Positions 60,601 through 64,000 of a stretch of DNA of 64,000 nt are shown here, in pieces. The stretch is from contig OZ254962.1 in the NCBI GenBank assembly GCA_965276005.1, positions 2,676,991 through 2,740,990 on the forward strand, read 5' to 3'. Numbering within the stretch: the first letter of the stretch is position 1; each line of letters starts with the position of its first letter. Under the pieces are notes generated by a model. The model saw only the letters and a list, made by a program, of their open reading frames with translations, had not been told where the DNA came from and did not search any database. This DNA is from Alphaproteobacteria bacterium. Its GTDB lineage: Bacteria > Pseudomonadota > Alphaproteobacteria > JAQWUY01. The translations under genes were made by a program, and so were the position numbers.

Positions 60601-61712
60601 TTAACGCCGATGTAAAAGTAAATGGCGGGCTTGTAATAAAAGCCAACGACGCCAGCTCCGATAATACGGGCTTTGTTTTAAACGATCGGGACAATGGCAA
60701 AGCACACATCACCGTTGCCACAGGTAAAACCATATCCGGGGGCAATGATGATTTAATTATCAAAATGCTCAAAGGCAGTAACAGTGCCGCCGACAATAAA
60801 AAACAAACAGGCAAAATCACCGTGTGGAAAGCGGACGGTAAACGGGTCAGCATTGTACATGCAGGCACCACAAAGACGGGCGACACCCCATCCGATTCGG
60901 AAATTGTTATTCGTAGCAATGGCGAAATAAAAGCCACAGGCGACCTAAACAAGGGCGATATAGCCATCGAATTAGCGGCGGACAAATTTACCAACAACTC
61001 AGATAAAGACGCTTTGAGTATCACCGATGATGGTAATACGGACGATAATAAAGGACGGTTCCTAATATGGACAAAAAGTGCTGATGACAATACTTTAAGA
61101 GGTATAACCTCCGATTTTACCCAATACAAAACACATAACAATACCCAGTTTTATTCGAATGATGGTACCAATGATGATCAAAAATATAAATCTGGTTTCC
61201 TATACAGACCCGTATCAAGTGGCGATAGTGGTGGCGGCGGCGGTGGCGGCGGCGGTGCGGCTATCGTATTGATAGGTGCCGGCGTTGCTGTTGTAGCCAT
61301 GGGCGGTATTGGTGGCGGTGCCGCTGCAACAGGTGCCGCAGCAGGTGCCGCCGGTGCTGGAGCAGGCGGAGCAAGTGGTGGATTAGCTGCCCCCGTTGGC
61401 AGTATCGACACCCTGTTTACCACCGGTATATACGCCTATTTAAACGGTATCGATATGCAGGCGATATATCAACCGCCCACACAACCCTCCGTATTTAACA
61501 CCCCCCATAAGGTAACCTACAAAGCCAAAATACATCGCACATACGACATGATCCTGTTGGCACACAACATCAAAGCCCAAAAAGCGGTACCCCTGTACGA
61601 ACTAGACGAACAGCTATACGAAACCTTGAGACGCATATTCGTACAGCAATCGACAACAACAGACAAAACCGCCCGTATGGACAGGCAAAACCAACCGTCC
61701 GAAACTTTGTAG
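57639..61712 (+). CDS. Filamentous-hemagglutinin (TPS) N-terminal-domain protein with six FG-GAP-like repeats, paralog 2
   Basis: N-terminal ~520 aa and C-terminal ~90 aa very similar to paralog 1; six more divergent propeller repeats. Confidence 0.85.
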   Translation: MTTKSIKFALLAISALGAGGTVFANTLPQGGVVQQGAAGIQYSGDTLNINQQSDKAIIDWKDFSVGRDNTVNFNQPSSDSATLNRVTGDFTSEIAGRINSNGSVFLVNPNGIRITADGVIDTGGFVASTLDIDNNDFLNGDYTFTKSGSNGVVSNRGSISVDDGGFVALLGGAVKNDGTVRALVGKVGFGGGEKIVMSFGNNDFLRVEVPTDTWDKLTDSQGNKVSATVDLGGTIDSRGGFIDITVADASDILRQTISIDGVVSANTVSSTDGVISISGGTVGITSSGRITADADYGDAGTIAIEADSIDSSGTVSAVAQNGIGGKIKISLQQGANLNASTRFDVSGGTKGGSLSFIGGLSGKGGTKVLGSADFKADSAGGNGGTIDISTKGGLVGLLSGTVSASGKTQGGRIRLGGAFQGGGYDPKISQLDKRTQNLFVTRWRDNNSLVSAGKTSLGTGVRIDVSSQSGTGGTAILWADHTTNNYAAIDATGATGGGAVEISGKKRVDSFGLNRVTAGNGVILLDPKNVVVGKWASPLGQIKKISNGASSASNINVSLNKDDFFGSSISLSDDGSKMAVGAGGTDGNKGAIYLYEVSGSTWGGTIVQNKKIANDTSITGYDGKNKNLVLKAGEGFSFSVSLSEDGSKLAVGAYVYGINKGAVYLFTVGGAKWGDTITESKEILKDGANIIVNNSNTTLSLSDYDNFGSGVSLSGDGNKLAVGAMRPGKEGRVYLFTIGGVKWGDTITQKKNFTHGKSGDNFGNSVSLSDNGEKLAVGATIYEDEGGGADPKRRGAVYLFTVDWSNGNTAEKLKISNDLPGVSLSENDNFGFGVSLSNDGKMLAVGAINDDAGDSDVNANKGAVYLYTVTWGNSSATILPVKKITNSDITLKKLDTFGSAVSLSAYGTKLAVGAYGDDGVIGDSSDDDAGAVYLINVRLDVDDYKQQLEQGAQGTHVTLFASNDITINNAINATKGKLTLIAGRSIDINADVKVNGGLVIKANDASSDNTGFVLNDRDNGKAHITVATGKTISGGNDDLIIKMLKGSNSAADNKKQTGKITVWKADGKRVSIVHAGTTKTGDTPSDSEIVIRSNGEIKATGDLNKGDIAIELAADKFTNNSDKDALSITDDGNTDDNKGRFLIWTKSADDNTLRGITSDFTQYKTHNNTQFYSNDGTNDDQKYKSGFLYRPVSSGDSGGGGGGGGGAAIVLIGAGVAVVAMGGIGGGAAATGAAAGAAGAGAGGASGGLAAPVGSIDTLFTTGIYAYLNGIDMQAIYQPPTQPSVFNTPHKVTYKAKIHRTYDMILLAHNIKAQKAVPLYELDEQLYETLRRIFVQQSTTTDKTARMDRQNQPSETL

Positions 61713-61729
61713 GGTGTGTACCATTTAAA

Positions 61730-61759
61730 GCAAAACCCCCGCCGGGGGTTTTGTTTTTT
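61730..61759 (+). terminator. Intrinsic terminator
   Basis: CAAAACCCCC-GCC-GGGGGTTTTG followed by TTTTTT. Confidence 0.75.
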
Positions 61760-61872
61760 GCGGTAAAAAAATCGCTTGCGGTTAAAGATGTGCACATTTC
61801 GTATTGACAACGGACATCGTAATACTACATAATGCCTATAATGAACAGATATACAAAAGAGAAAGCGGTGTT

Positions 61873-62769
61873 GTGTCAGAGAAAAATAATTTATTAGGGT
61901 TTCGCTATCAGCTTAAATCTATATCGTTGTTGTTGGCTATGCAAGTATTTGTAAAAATCTTGGTTGCCGATTACCCGTTGGTCGAGGTGATGTTTTATCG
62001 ATCTTTTATGGGGTTGCCATTGTTGTTTGTGTATTTATATTGTACGGGCAATTTGCAAAACTTGGCGGTGAGCCGCCCTGTGGTGCATGTGTTGCGGGTG
62101 ATAGTCGGGGGGTTGGGTATGTATGCGGCGTTTAGTGCCTATCGTTACTTACCCTTAGCGGAGGCGATGACGATTTTAAATTTTGCCCCGATTTTTATTA
62201 CGGTGTTGGGGGTTGTATTTTTGGGCGAACGGATTCACGCCCACCGTACCATAGCCTTAATACTAGGGTTTATCGGTATGTTGGTGATTGTCCGCCCCAG
62301 TGTGGATTTTAACTGGTATTATGTATACCCGTTGTTTGCGGCTTTGATGTTTGCGGTGTCGACGATTATTTCCCACAGTTTGACAAAAACTGACCACCCT
62401 ACCAGTATCACTGTGTCGTTTAGCTTGTCGATTGCTATTATTACCGGTGGTATCAGCTTATACTATGGGTTTCGCCTGCCTTTTGACAGCAAAGCCCTAT
62501 GGTTTGCTATCATTATGGGCAATTTGGGGACTGTTGGACAGATTTATAACATCTATGCCATAAAACACAGCCACGCCAGTTTTTACGCCGCCGGGCGATA
62601 TATGCGATTGTTCGGGGCGGCCATTTTGGGATTGGTGGTATTTGCCGAAGCCATAACCGCCCGTATTGTACTGGGCATGGTGATTATAGCGTGTGCCGGC
62701 ATATACATATCGTGGCGGGAGCGGGTCAAAAATAAACAAAAACCACAGCACGAAAGTATAGGATTATGA
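61873..62769 (+). CDS. DMT/EamA family transporter, paralog 1
   Basis: About ten TM segments, PLAEA, FLGERI; GTG start inferred from the paralog (SEKNNLLG versus NEKNNLLG). Confidence 0.85.
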   Translation: MSEKNNLLGFRYQLKSISLLLAMQVFVKILVADYPLVEVMFYRSFMGLPLLFVYLYCTGNLQNLAVSRPVVHVLRVIVGGLGMYAAFSAYRYLPLAEAMTILNFAPIFITVLGVVFLGERIHAHRTIALILGFIGMLVIVRPSVDFNWYYVYPLFAALMFAVSTIISHSLTKTDHPTSITVSFSLSIAIITGGISLYYGFRLPFDSKALWFAIIMGNLGTVGQIYNIYAIKHSHASFYAAGRYMRLFGAAILGLVVFAEAITARIVLGMVIIACAGIYISWRERVKNKQKPQHESIGL

Positions 62770-63662
62770 ACGAAAAAAACAACCTACTAGGGTTTGGCTT
62801 TCAAATATCGGCAACTTGTTTGTTTTTGCTGATGGATGTGTGTGTAAAGGTATTGGTTGCAGACTATCCGTTAGCGGAAATTATGTTTTATCGCAGTGTG
62901 ATGGGGCTACCGTTTTTATTCGTGTACTTAAAGGTCACCGGACACATGGACAATTTACGCATTACCCGCCCAGTGATGCACTTGTGGCGGGCGGTTATTG
63001 GCGGTACGGCGATGTTTGCGTTTTTTAATGCCTACAAGTATTTACCGTTAGCGGAAGCGGCGGCTATTTTGTATATTGCCCCGATTTTTATCACCATTTT
63101 AAGCATTATATTTTTGGGCGAAAAGATTTATTTTCATCGCACATTTGCGTTGATATTGGGGTTTGTGGGGACGCTGGTTATCGTCCGTCCCAGTATGGAT
63201 TTTAATTGGTATTATGTGTATCCCATGTTGGGGGCGTTGTGCTTTGCAGTGGTAACGATTATCGCCCACAAGCTGACCAAAATCGACCACCCAACCAGTA
63301 TCACTGTCAGCTTTAGCGTATTCTTGACGGTTATCACCGGCGGCATAACACTGTATAATGGATTTAGTCCCATGCTAAATAGCACTGTGATTATTTATGC
63401 GGTTGTGATGGGCAATGCGGGGACGATTGCCCAGATCTTAAATATGCAGGCGATTAAAAACTGTCATGCGAATTTTTATGCGGTTACCAAGTATATAGGA
63501 TTGTTCGGATCGGCGGCAGTGGGGGTATTGATATTTAGCGAACCGCTGACCTTTAATGTGGGGTTGGGTATGGTTATTATTGCTGTGTCGGGCATATACA
63601 TATCGTGGCGGGAGCATGTGAAAAACAAAAAAGAACGCATGCGGCTACGGGTGCGGGGGTAG
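62766..63662 (+). CDS. DMT/EamA family transporter, paralog 2
   Basis: Colinear tandem paralog; ATGA overlap. Confidence 0.88.
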   Translation: MNEKNNLLGFGFQISATCLFLLMDVCVKVLVADYPLAEIMFYRSVMGLPFLFVYLKVTGHMDNLRITRPVMHLWRAVIGGTAMFAFFNAYKYLPLAEAAAILYIAPIFITILSIIFLGEKIYFHRTFALILGFVGTLVIVRPSMDFNWYYVYPMLGALCFAVVTIIAHKLTKIDHPTSITVSFSVFLTVITGGITLYNGFSPMLNSTVIIYAVVMGNAGTIAQILNMQAIKNCHANFYAVTKYIGLFGSAAVGVLIFSEPLTFNVGLGMVIIAVSGIYISWREHVKNKKERMRLRVRG

Positions 63663-63962
63663 CTGCGAAAACAGGTGTGCGATGATATAGAGACGGTACT
63701 GTCCGAGTTGATACGGGCAATAGCAAGTTGTTTTTTGCCCATAAGCCTCGCCAGCTGCGTTTATGAAAGCCCTTGTTGTTTGCGTAACTGTACAATGGCG
63801 TAGTACTGCCATTTGCGGAAGCACTTTGGCGTAGTCCCGTTTATACTCCGCTGCAACGATGTTTTTCCATAACAGAGTCAAGCGTCTGTTACCAGCATAA
63901 AACAAGGGGGACAAAAGCCCCCTATTGTATATATGAATCTGTGTGGATTTAAGAACCATCAC
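63645..63962 (-). CDS. Hypothetical protein
   Basis: Only the ORF length (105 aa) in an otherwise empty region; no recognisable motif. Confidence 0.3.
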   Translation of the reverse strand: MMVLKSTQIHIYNRGLLSPLFYAGNRRLTLLWKNIVAAEYKRDYAKVLPQMAVLRHCTVTQTTRAFINAAGEAYGQKTTCYCPYQLGQYRLYIIAHLFSQLPPHP

Positions 63963-64000
63963 TTATTTTAATATACACATTGATTAGGGTTGGAGTGACT

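Overview
64-kb chromosomal window, most likely from an alphaproteobacterium (GapR/DUF2312, class I LysRS, argH-lipoprotein-lysA and DUF3426/ftsE/ftsX neighbourhoods). A host-associated lifestyle is plausible but inferred. Housekeeping blocks: galU-ugd-pmm, ettA-gapR, ftsEX-argH-lysA, lysS, pntAB, DinG, thiE. Catabolic or transport blocks: a sugar-type ABC cluster with three SnoaL/NTF2-like proteins and a bicupin, the lower homoprotocatechuate pathway, and a CsoR-controlled metal module. The most striking structure is an accessory island between lysA and lysS (about 31.4-37.4 kb). It holds three tandem beta-class DNA methyltransferases, each fused to a T5orf172/GIY-YIG-like domain, near-identical except for a swapped central target-recognition segment. 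A tyrosine-integrase remnant and three tandem ~460-bp non-coding units that look like a minus-strand sRNA array follow. Other unusual features: a multi-hairpin REP/MITE-like element (three loci, one triplicated); two paralogous TPS-domain/FG-GAP proteins carrying a G15 coding tract or promoter poly-T tracts; a 39-bp hairpin repeat array; a duplicated promoter driving tiny membrane proteins; and a multicopper oxidase with Leu at the axial T1 position. All family calls come from motif recognition by eye; no database searches were run.
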